From contig JAPDFW010000103.1 in assembly GCA_028826165.1 (NCBI GenBank), positions 558,001-622,000 of the forward strand: a stretch of 64,000 nt of DNA. The letters are read 5' to 3'. How positions within the stretch are numbered: position 1 is the first letter of the stretch; each line of letters starts with the position of its first letter. The position numbers and the translations under genes were made by a program. Shown here one piece after another: positions 37,966 to 49,848 of this stretch. A model generated the notes under the pieces. That model did not search any database. It was not told the origin of the DNA and saw only the letters and a list, made by a program, of their open reading frames with translations. This DNA comes from Anaeramoeba ignava BMAN (lineage: Eukaryota; Protista; Anaeramoebae).

Positions 37966-40771
37966 ATGATTTGTGAACATTTAAAACAAATTGAAAAATT
38001 TACATTTCTTCAAAAAATAAAAACAAATAAAAATAAAAATAAAAATGAAAATGAAACTAAAAATGAAAATGAAATTCAAAAAAAACTTAAAAATAAACAA
38101 ATTCATTGTTATTTATGTCAACAAACAGAACCAAATTTATGGATTTGTTTACATCCAAACTGTACTTTTATTGGATGTACAGAATCTCGAGTTTCACATT
38201 CTATTTCTCATTATATTAAAAAGAAGCATCCTTTATGTATAAATTTAACAACTGGAGTTGTATTTTGTAGAGAATGTCAAAAAGAAATATCAACAAATTT
38301 TAAATATGAAGATGGAAATATACAAAGAAGAATTGAAGATTTAAAAGAGATTAAAAATATAATACAATATTATAATTTTGAAAGGAAAAAAGATGCCAAT
38401 TTAATTGAAAATGAAAATTTAATTGAAAATGAAAATTTAATTGAAAATGAAAATTTAATTGAAAATGAAAATTTAAATGAAAATTTAATTGAAAATGAAA
38501 ATTTAATCCAAAATGAAAATGAAAATCAAAATTTAATTCAAAATGAAAATGAAAATGAAAATCAAAATTTTGTGGAAAATGTTCAGTTTGTTCAAGAAAA
38601 TATTGTTGCCTTTCCTGGTCTTTGTGGATTACAAAATTTGGGAAATACTTGTTTTCTAAATGCAACAACACAAGCTCTTTTTGCATGTGAACCTTTACAT
38701 CATTATTTAGCTTCTTGTAAATTTGATTTTGCTGATTCTGGTCGTTTTAATATTGTTTGTAGTTTGAGATCTTTAATGAAAGGTGCCTGGTCTGGATTAC
38801 ATAAGTATATTTTACCAAAAAGATTACATTCAGCAATTTGTAAAATTTCACCTATGTTTAAAGGATATTCTCAACATGATGCACATGAATATTTGATTGC
38901 ATTATTATCAGGAATGCATGAATTATTGAAAAGGGAAATTTCAGAAGAGAAAAATCAAAATCAAAATCAAAATCAAAATCAAAATCAAAATCAAATCAAA
39001 AAAAACAAAAACGAAATTAAATATCGTTCCATTATTTCAGATATTTTTCAAGGTGAATATAAAAGTATTCTTCAATGTAATCAATGTGGAGAAATCAGAT
39101 CTTCATCTGAAGATTTCCTTTGTCTTTCCCTTCCAATTCCTCAAAAAGACAAAAATTCCCATAATTCAAATGAAGAAAAACAAAAAACATCTCCACACCA
39201 AAATAAATTAAAAACAAATAGAAGTAAAATCAAAAGAGAAATTCTTCTTTTTTCTTTATCAACAATTTGGAGAGCATTTACATTTCTAATTTTGTAAAAA
39301 TGATAAAAAAAAGAGAAAAAATTTAATATTTAATATTAATTTTAATTTTAATTTTTATATTATTAGCAAATTTCCAATCAAATTTATCAAAGCATTCTTT
39401 AATTTTATTATAAATTTCAAGAACAATTTCTTATCAGATTTCCTTTTTTCAGAAGATGATTTTTCTTATCCAAATGAAATGAAATCCAATCCTTTTTCCT
39501 CTCAACAAAAAAATTCAAATGAAAAAGAGGAGGAATTTAGTTGTAATTTGGATGATTGTTTTAAAAAGTTTTGCAAAATTAACAAACTTGAAGGATCAAA
39601 CAAGCTTTATTGTTCTAATTGCCAAAAACAAACAAACTCAAAAAAACATATCCAAATTTCAAAATTCCCAGAAATTTTATTATTGCATTTGAAAAGATTC
39701 AATTATTTAGATTCAAAAAGCAGAAAAATCTCAACGAAAGTTGAATTTCCAATTTCTGGACTTGATTTATCAAAATTTAAAGTTGATTATTTAAAGGATT
39801 TAGAAGAAAATGAAGAACCAATATTATATGATTTGTATTCAGTAGTTCAACATATTGGATCCGCAGATTCGGGTCATTATGTTGGCTTTTCACGTAATTT
39901 ATTCAATGAACAATGGTTCGAATTTAATGATGAAAAAGTTTCACAAATATCTGAGCAATATTTAAATACTCAGCAAGCTTATCTTCTTTTTTATCAAAAA
40001 AGACCCACTCACATGGAAATCAATCGAAGAGAATATATTACACAAAAACTTGAAAAAAATATTGGATTTGAATTCACAAGTCAAATTGATAACAATTTTA
40101 TTCTCCAAAATAATTTGTTTGGAATATCAAGAATTTGGTATGAAAAATTGCTTCATATGAGTAATCCAGGACCAATTTTAAATTCCGAATTATTATGTCC
40201 AAAACATAATCAATTTCGGTATATTTGCAATCGTTTCAAAATTCCAAAAGAATTCAAACAACAGAAAATCCAAGAAGATAAATATCCTTTATTTTCACGA
40301 TTGATTTTTGTTGATCAAGAATTTTTTGAAGAATTGGAAAATATTTTTGGAAAAATTTTGAGGATTCAAAATATTAATGAATGTGGAATTTGTAAAAAAG
40401 AACATCTTGATTTGAAAAAAAGAAGGATTTTTGAAATTCAAACAATGAACAAAATTAATCCAAATCATTTTGAAAAAAAAGATTTTTATTATATAATACC
40501 AGAAAAATGGATTTCTCAATGGAAGAATTTTGTTCATAGTGAAGATTTAATACATCTACCTCCTTCTAAAATTGATAATTCTATACTTTTAAAATCTGAT
40601 AAAAGAACTCCTAAAAAAAATCTTAATATTATTAAAGATTATTATGTAATTAATAAGGAATCTTGGGATTTTCTTTTTGGAATTTATGGTGGTGATCCTA
40701 TTATTATTCGAAGTCAAAAGACAATTGATTTAAAATATGAAATTATTTATCAAAATCAAAATCAAAATTAA
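37966..40771 (+). CDS. USP20/USP33-like ubiquitin-specific protease (zf-UBP, USP catalytic domain, two DUSP domains)
   Basis: Exons 37966-39293 and 39367-40771. zf-UBP 'CYLC...LWICL..CTFIGC...HS..H', Cys box 'GLQNLGNTCFLNA', 'QHDAHE', His box 'HIGSADSGHY', 'WFEFNDE', DUSP motifs 'PGPILNS' and 'PSKIDNS..W..L..IYGG.P'. Confidence 0.9.
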
Positions 40772-41140
40772 AATCAAAATTAAAATTTAAATTAAAATTA
40801 AAATTAAAATTAAAATCAAAATCAAAATTAAAATCAATTTTGAAATTAAAATTAAAATCAAAATCAAAATTAAAACCAAAATTAAAATCAAAATCAAAAT
40901 TAAAATCAAAATCAAAATCAAAATCAAAATCAATTTTAAAATTAAAATCAAAATTAAAATTAAAATTAAAATTAAAATTTAAATTAAAATTAAAATTAAA
41001 ATTAAAATCAAAATCAAAATTAAAATCAATTTTGAAATTAAAATTAAAATTAAAATTAAAATCAAAATCAAAATCAAAATATAAATTAAAATTTAAAATT
41101 AAAATCAAAATCAAAATCAAAATCAAAATCAAAATCAAAA
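40748..41140. repeat. (AAAATT/AAAATC)n microsatellite
   Basis: Intergenic hexamer run. Confidence 0.9.
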
Positions 41141-41201
41141 AATTTTTTTCATTTTTTCATTTTTTTCATTTATTATTAAAAAAAAAATACCCTTTTTATC
41201 A

Positions 41202-44200
41202 ATGCAAAGTTTGAAGTTTATTTTCAATTTATTTAAAAAAATATAAAAATTTTTAAAATTAAAATCTTTCTTTTTTTTTAAATTTTTCTTAAAATAGCAC
41301 CAATAACTGAAATAACAGCATTTTCAACAACAACAGAAATCAAACTTGAATGGAAACTAAATTACGAATTAATCACAACAGAAATATCACATTTTATTAT
41401 AGAATTTTCTGATAAAAATGGAACAATAATTATAATTAAAACAAAAAATTTACAAACAAAAATAACGTCAATTTTTCCAGGTGAAAAATATCGATATAGA
41501 ATAAAGTTAATATACACAAGCGGAACAGAAACCAACTGGACAACAATCCAGGAGCACATTACAAAGAATGATGTACCATCTAAAATTGAGAGTTTTCGAT
41601 GTGTTTCTTTTTCAGAAAATTCACTGAGTTTTCTTTGGGATCCGCCTAGTCCCAATGGATCTCCCATAGATTTTTATCTTTTCCAATTAAATCACTCCCA
41701 AACAATCAAGACTCAAAACCCCAATATTGAGATCACCTCTCTCCCATCAGGAACAAGGCAATTTGTTAGAGTCCAACCCCACAACTCAATAGGTTATGGT
41801 GAATGGAGCAATTTTTTCTCTTTTAAAACAACAGAAAAAGACCCAATTATAACTGAAATCAAAACAACAAAGATCACCTCCACAACTGCTGAACTTGAAT
41901 GGGATGTCTCTGATCTTCCCCAGTTTTCTCAAATACTTTACGAGACTGAGATTGAGTTGAACTTTTCCAAAACTACCCAAAACAATCAACAAAAAATGCC
42001 CAATGACCCACATTTAGACACCAAGAAAAGACTTCTGCATTCTCATTCAAAAACTCTTGAGATTCCGGAACTAAAACCCAATACAGATTATCGCTATCGT
42101 GTGCGTCCAATAACCCAAAAAACATTTTCACAATTTTCGGAATGGAACTATTTTAAAACTCGTCCTGGAAAACCCGAGAAGATTGTCGGCATCACATGTC
42201 TTTCTTCCCAAAACGATTCCCTCAAAATTTCATGGAACGATCCAAAAAATATCGACGAAATGGCTGCAAATGAATATGCAATCCAAGTTAACGACGAAAA
42301 CACGTTTTCAAGTCAAAATCGATTTTTTGAATTAATGGATTTGAATCCTTCAACAAAATACAGCATCAAAATCCGTGCTCGAAATAAATTTGGGTTTGGA
42401 AAATGGAGCGGTCCTGTTGAGTTTACAACATCTTCTGATCCTCAAAAAAAAATGGATATAGAATCTGTAAAAGTGGATCAAAAAATTCGATCCAAAAAAA
42501 AAGTTCCTACTTTTTCAGTTTCTTGGGATCCTCCTAAAGACACGAAAAACGAGGAAGTTCTTTTCTATGAAGTTTCTTTTGTTACTCACAACCAAAAGCC
42601 AAAAGCTGTTTTGATGTTCCCTGATCCAAAAAGCGGAGAAAGTGTGGAAAAGGTTCTTGTTCATCCTGTTACAGTTTCTGGAAAAATCGGAAAGGAACCT
42701 AAGAAGATTAGTTTACAAAGCATGAGGAATGCGAAAATTGAAGAAGATGATAAGGAAGACTTTCGATCCAATAAAAAGTATTTGCCAAGCAAAAAAGTGA
42801 CAGATCCGAAAAATGTTTCTGAAAAAAACATCAAAAAGCAAATTGCTCTTCCAGTGGTTGAAGATATTTACTGTTCTTCGTATAAAAACAGCACCTTGAA
42901 GCTTTATTGGAAGAAAACCGATGTTTCTAATGAGGATCAACTGACGCCATCCAAGATCCAAAAAGTGGAATACTATGAGGTTGAGGTTAACGGGAAAATT
43001 GTCCAGAAAGTAAATGATGCTGTTGTTGAACTGCGTGAGATATTTTTTGGAATCCCGAATCCGACAAAATGCATGATTCGGATCCGGGCTCATAATTCGC
43101 GGCAAAAGAGTTTATGGAGTCAAATTTTCAATGCGGAAAAAATCTACAACTTGATGAAAGAAGAAAACGAAGCAAAACTTTCTGAGATGATTGATGACGG
43201 AGTGAAAAAAGTGCTTGAGAAACATCAACCGATTCCAATAGTAATCAAACGGATAAGCCACAATCAAGAGAAACAAGAATCGGTTTATTTATTTGGAACC
43301 AAGAAAATATACATTAAATATTTCAGAGGAAACGCATCTGGAGATGTTTTTGTGAGAGTCGGTGGCGGTTATATGAGTTTTGAAGAGTATTATCTCAAAT
43401 ATGTTTCAGTTGAAGAACGGATTGTGCTTAATAGCATTGCAAAAGGCAATCCATCAGCAGTGAATCTTTCTCAGAATCTTACTCGCAAACAAAAGCTTTT
43501 GGAAAATCAAATCAATCAGAAAAAACTTCAAAATCCAAATGATCCTAAATATCAAAATCTTGCACTTGATCTTCATCTAGTTGAAAAAGAAATGGAAGTT
43601 AATTCCCCATCCAAATCCCCTTTAAAATCTCCTGCAAAAACCCCTCGTAGTCAAAAAACCCATTTTCCTCATTCCGCTTTTAAAAGTTCAAAGAAAAAAA
43701 TGGATCTTTCTTTGAATGAGGATGATAAGAATCTGCAGTTTTCTTTTTCAACATCGAAGAAATTACAAGATAAAAATTCTCCAAAAGTTCTTGATTCTGT
43801 TAAAAAGCAACTTGATTTTAAATCTCCTAGAAGTTCTAAGAATAAGAATAAAAATAAGAATAAAAATAAATTTTTTACGAAGGATTTAGATAAGAAATCA
43901 CAAGTTAAATCCAAGGATAATTCAAAATCTAAATCAAAATCAAAATCAAAATCAAAATCACAAGATAATTTAAAAGATAATGAAAATTTAAATGAAAAAG
44001 AAAATTTAAATGAAAAAGATAATTTAAATGAAAATGATAATTTAAATGAAAAAGATAATGAAAAAGATAATTTAAATGAAAAAGATAATTTAAATGAAAA
44101 AGATAATGAAAAAGATAATTTAAATGAAAATGAAAAAGATAATTTAAATGAAAAAGATAATTTAAATGAAAAAGATAATGAAAAAGATAATTTAAATGAA

Positions 44201-44779
44201 AATGAAAAAGATAATTTAAATGAAAAAGATAATTTAAATGATAAAGATAATGAAAAAGATAATGAAAATTTAAATGAAAAAGAAAATTTAAATGAAAATT
44301 TAAATCAAAATGATAATTTAAATGAAAAAGAAAATTTAAATGAAAATGATAATTTAAATGATAATTTAAATGAAAAAAATAATTTAAATCAAAATGATAA
44401 TTTAAATGATAATGATAATTTAAATGAAAAAGATAATTTAAATGAAAATGATAATTTAAATGAAAATGATAATTTAAATGAAAATGATAATTTAAAAGAA
44501 AAAGATAATTTAAAAGAAAAAGATAATTTAAATGAAAAAGATAATTTAAATCAAAAAGATAATTTAAATGAAAATGATAATTTAAATGAAAATGATCTAA
44601 CTAATGATTTACAATCTATTATTCCAAAAATGTCCACAAAAAAACTTCTAACTCCTATCCAATTACCTAAAAAATTTATGAAAAAATCAACTCATTCAAC
44701 ACCAATAAAATCACAAAACCTTTTTACTGAAACAATTATTGGTCAATTTTCAATTCAGAAAACAACAGAAGAAAAATGA
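41202..44779 (+). CDS. Fibronectin type III repeat + GAS2/GAR domain protein with acidic N/D/E repeat and C-terminal SxIP-like motif
   Basis: Probable micro first exon 41202-41208 (ATGCAAA|GTTTGA), intron to 41297, exon 41298-44779 in frame with ORF 41957. Fn3 motifs 'LKPNTDYRYRVR', 'LNPSTKYSIKIRARNKFGFGKWS', 'WDPP'. GAR motif 'YLFGTKKIY...VFVRVGGGYMSFEEY'. Confidence 0.8.
43965..44600 (+). repeat. Coding 18-bp repeat (NEKDNL)n
   Basis: aatgaaaaagataattta variants, more than 30 units. Confidence 0.9.
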
Positions 44780-44973
44780 ATTTCTTTATTCTAATTTTTT
44801 AAATTAATCAATTTATTATTTATTAAAAAGAAAAAGTGGAACAAATTATTCAATTTTTTCAAAATATTATTTTCTTTCTTTCTAATAAATAAAATATCAA
44901 ACATTTCAATTAAAACTTAAATAAAAAATAATTCAAAAATTAAATCATTTAGATTGAATTAACTTTATTATTT

Positions 44974-45938
44974 TTAATCCCTTAAAGTTATAAAACTTCT
45001 TGATGTGCATTTGTTTAAAAGTAAAGCCCAAACAAGTTTATCTCCCCAAACAAAAAACACAAAATCCCAAAATCCAATAAGAGGAGTAAAAAAAGCTTGA
45101 GTTGCATCAAAAAAATCATTTGAATTTTTTGTATTTTGAAATATTTGCCAAACTCTTTTAATAATATTCCATAATTCTGTTAAAATATAAAGAATAGCAA
45201 TAGATAACATTTTAATTTGAAATGATTTTGAATAAACTGGATCTTTTTCTTTTCTAATTTTATGAACAACAAGTGAATAAAGAATAAGAGCTCCAAGTAA
45301 AGCTACTGCAACAAAAGAATATTCAATTGACATTAGCCAACGAGTTGAATCAGAACACCTTTCATAGTTAATTTTTAAATTTTGATTTTAATTTTAATTT
45401 TCATTTTCATTTTAATTTTGATTTTGATTTTAATTTTGATTTTCATTTTAATTTTGATTTTGATTTTAAATTTAATTTTGATTTTAATTTTAAATTTAAT
45501 TAAATTCTTGCTAAATTACCAATAACTTGTTTCTTTTGTTGGATTTCCAAATACAACAATTAAAATTCCAAACAACAAACCAATAATTTGAATAAATAAA
45601 TTTGAAATCCAATAAAATTTTATTGAATTTTCACAATTATAACCTTTACAAACTTCCAAATAATAAATCAAAGCAATTAAAAATATCCAAAAATAAGCTT
45701 CACTAAATGAATAATTAGTTAAAAAAGATTGAGCAAGACAAATTTTATGATTTGTAAAACCAGGAAGCAATAAAGAAACATCAATAAGAAAATTATATAT
45801 TGAAAGTGTCAAAACAAAAAGTCTAAATCTTGTTCTGATTTCTTCAAAAGATAAATAAACAATTATAAAAAAAGAAGATCCAAAAATTCCCAAAGTTGAA
45901 CCAATAACACAAAAAACTATCACTAAATTCGAAACCAT
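44974..45938 (-). CDS. 7TM GPCR, cAMP-receptor(CAR)/GCR1-like, array copy 1
   Basis: Exons 45938-45520 and 45358-44974, junction TG|G TGT (W-C). Seven hydrophobic helices, ECL1 Cys, ECL2 'WC', TM7 'GFWDF'. Confidence 0.85.
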
Positions 45939-46119
45939 TATTTAAAAAAAAATTGATTTTAATTTGAATTTTGATTTTGAAAAGAAAAAGAAAAAGAAAA
46001 AAATGATTTTTTTTTATTCGATTTCCAAAAAAAAAGATCAAATAAAAAGCAAAAAAAAATAATAATAATAAAGAAAAATGAACTAAAATCATTCTTTCTT
46101 TTATTTTTTTTAAACTATT

Positions 46120-48047
46120 TTAGTTTAATTCATCATAATTTTGTTTTTTCCATTTTCTTAAAAGTAAAGCCCAAACAAATTTATCTCCCCAAACAAAAAA
46201 CACAAAATCCCAAAATCCAATAAGAGGAGTAAAAAAAGCTTGAGTTGCATCAAAAAAATCATTTGAATTTTTTGTATTTTGAAATATTTGCCAAACTCTT
46301 TTAATAATATTCCATAATTCTGTTAATAAATAAACAATAGCAAGTGCTAACATTTTAGTTTGAAATGTTTTTGGATAATTTCCATCTTTATATTTTCTTA
46401 TTTTATGAATAATAAGAAAATAAATGAATAAAGAACCAATTAAAAAGATTGTAACTAAAGAGTATTCTATTTCCATTAACCAACGTTTAGAAATTGTGCA
46501 CCTATATTTATATTTCGATTTATATATTGATTTTGATTTTATATATTGATTTTGATTTTGATTTTGATTTTGATATTGATTTTGATATTGATATTGATTT
46601 TAATTTTGATTTTGAATTTGAATTTTGATTTTGAATTTAATTTTGATTTTGATTTTAATTTTAATTTTAATTTTAATTTTGATTTTAATTTTAATTTTAA
46701 TTTTGATTTTGATTTTGATTTTGATTTTGATTTTAATTTTGATTTTGATTTTGATTTTGATTTTGAATTTTGATTTTAATTTTGATTTTGATTTTTAATT
46801 TTGATTTTAATTTTGATTTTGATTTTGATTTTGATTTTAATTTTAATTTTAATTTTGATTTTGATTTTGAATTTGATTTTGAATTTGATTTTGATTTTAA
46901 TTTTGATTTTAATTTTAATTTTAATTTTAATTTTGATTTTGATTTTGATTTTAATTTTAATTTTAATTTTAATTTTGATTTTGAATTTGATTTTGAATTT
47001 GATTTTAATTTTAATTTTAATTTTAATTTTGATTTTGATTTTGATTTTGATATTGATATTGATTTTAATTTTAATTTTGATTTTGATTTTGATTTTGATT
47101 TTAATTTTAATTTTAATTTTAATTTTGATATTGATATTGATTTTTAATTTTAATTTTAATTTTGATTTTGATTTTGATTTTGATTTTGATTTTAATTTTA
47201 ATTTTGATTTTAATTTTAATTTTGATTTTGATTTTAATTTTGATTTTGATTTTAATTTTGATATTGATATTGATTTTAATTTTAATTTTGATTTTGATTT
47301 TGATTTTAATTTTGATTTTGATTTTAATTTTAATTTTGATTTTGATTTTAATTTTAATTTTGATTTTGATTTTAATTTTAATTTTAATTTTGATTTTGAT
47401 TTTAATTTTAATTTTGATATTGATATTGATTTTGATTTTGATTTTAATTTTAATTTTGATTTTAATATTGATTTTGATTTTGATTTTGATTTTGATTTTG
47501 ATATTGATATTGATTTTGATTTAAATTTTAATTTTAATTTTAATTTTGATTTTGATTTTAATTTTAATTTTGAATAAATTAAATTAAATTGAATTAAATT
47601 GAATTGAATTAAATTCTTGCTAAATTACCAATAACTTGTTTCTTTTGTTGGATTTCCAAGGGCAACAGTTAAAATTCCAAATACTAAACAAACTATTTGG
47701 ATAATAATAATTGAAATCCAATAAAACTTTTTCGAATTTTCAAAATCATAACCTTTACGAATTTGTAAATAATAAATCAAAGCAATTTCAAAAACCCAAA
47801 AATAAGCAGCACCAAAAGAATAATTTGTTAAGAAAACTTGAATAGAACAAAGTGTTTTTTGTTTAAAACCAGGAAGTAAAACAGAAATTCCAACAAGAAG
47901 ATTATAAGTTGAAAGTGATAAAATAAAAAATCTAAATCTTGTTCTAATTTCTTGTAAAATTGAATAAGTTATTATAAAAGATAAAGCTCCTAAAATTCCT
48001 AAACTTGCTCCAATACAACAACAAATTATAACTAAAGTTGTTGGCAT
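46120..48047 (-). CDS. 7TM CAR-like GPCR, copy 2
   Basis: Exons 48047-47629 and 46501-46120; 1127-nt intron. Confidence 0.85.
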
Positions 48048-48315
48048 TTTTTTTTTCAAAGAAAATAAAATAAAAAATTTAATTTTAAACTAAAGAAAAA
48101 TGAATTCAAATAAAAGAGAAAAATTTGGATCTAAATAAAAATTTTTTAAATTAAAAAAATTCAGTTAAAATAAAGTAAAAAAGAAAAAGAAAAAAAAAGA
48201 AAAAGATTTTTGATTTTAGATTTGCAATTTCTTATTCCACTTTTTTTTTTATCAAAAAAAAAATCAAATTTAAATCTGACATCAAATCAATTCATCAATT
48301 CATCAATTCATCAAT

Positions 48316-49662
48316 TCATTTAAGAGGTTGATAGCTTTTTATTTTACATTTGTTAATAACAATTGCACTTACAAATTTATCTCCTAAAACAAAGAAAATA
48401 AAATCCCAAAATCCAAGAAGAGGAGTAAAAAAAGCTTGAGTTACACTAAAAAATTCATTTTCAGTATCAACTTGTTGAATTACTTTTCTTACTCTTTCCA
48501 TAGTTGTCCATAATTCTGTTAAAATATAAAGAATAGCAAGTGTTAACATTTTGAATTGAAATGATTTTGGATAATTTGCTTCTTTATCTTTTCTTATTTT
48601 ATGAACAACAATTGAATAAAAGATAAGAGCTCCAATTAAACAAAACCAAAATATAGAATATTCAGTTATAACCAAAGCATTTTTTGATGTTGAACACCTA
48701 ATTTTAATTTTGATTTAAATTTTGATTTTGATTTTGATTTTGATTTTGATTTTAATTTTGATTTTAATTTAAATTTTGATTTTAATTTTAATTTTAATTT
48801 TCATTTTAATTTTCATTTTGATTTTGATTTTGATTTAAATTTTAATTTTAATTTTGATTTTGATTTTGATATTAATTTTGATTTTGATTTTGATTTTGAT
48901 TTTGATTTTAATTTTGATTTTAATTTTGATTTATATTTTGATTTTGATTTTGATTTTGATTTTGATTTTGATTTAAATTTTGATTTAAATTTTGATTTTA
49001 ATTTTGGTTTAATAAATTAATTTTAATTTTGATTTTAATTTTAATTTTGATTTTAATTTTAATTTTGATTTTAATTTTAATTTTGATTTTAATTTTAATT
49101 TTGATTTTCATTTTGATTTTAATTTTGGTTTAATAAATGAATTTTAAATTTGATTTTGATTTTAATTTTGATTTTGATTTTGATTTTGATTTTGATTTTG
49201 ATTTTAATTTTAATTTTAATTTTAATTTTAAAAAAAATATTACCAATAAGAAAATCCATTATCTATCTCTCCAGATAAAGTAACAATTAAACTAACAGTA
49301 AGAGAAATAATGTTAGTAATAATAATTGAAATCCAATAAAATTTTGAAGAATTTTCAATATCAAAATTTCTACAAATTTGTAAATAATAAATCAATGAAA
49401 TCAAGAAAATCCAACAAGAAGCATCTATAAAAAACAAATCGGAAATAAAAACTTGAATAGAACAAATTGTATGTCCTGAAAAACCAGGAAGTAAAATGGA
49501 AATATCAACAAGAAGATTATAAATTGAAAGGGTTAAAATAAATAATCTAAATCTTGTTCTTATTTCTGGTAAAATTGAATAAATTATTATAAAAGATAAA
49601 GCTCCTAAAATCCCTAAAATTGAACCAATAAAACAAAATATTATCACTCTATTTGTTGGCAT
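48316..49662 (-). CDS. 7TM CAR-like GPCR, copy 3
   Basis: Exons 49662-49244 and 48697-48316; 546-nt intron. Confidence 0.85.
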
Positions 49663-49848
49663 TTTAATTAATCAAAAGAAATAAAAGAAAAAAGAAAAAA
49701 GAAAAAGAAAAAGAAAAAGAAAAAGAAAAAGAAAAAGAAAAAATAAATTTTAGTTTTTAAAAAAAAAAGTCCAAAAAATAAATTTTGTTCTTTATTTAAT
49801 TTTCCAATTAATTTTGAACTAATTTTCCAAAATTTTTTCTATCAGTTT

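Noticed and set aside
20396-44779. Inteins or other mobile elements in the large genes
   Set aside because: No C...HN-C/S/T intein boundaries and no LAGLIDADG, RT, transposase or integrase motifs seen by eye; an HMM scan would be needed to exclude them fully
46546-47577. ILILIL/NFDF ORFs here and at 4750, 18207, 40743, 55680, 58997 and 62022-63941
   Set aside because: Translations of stop-free hexamer microsatellites in introns or intergenic DNA
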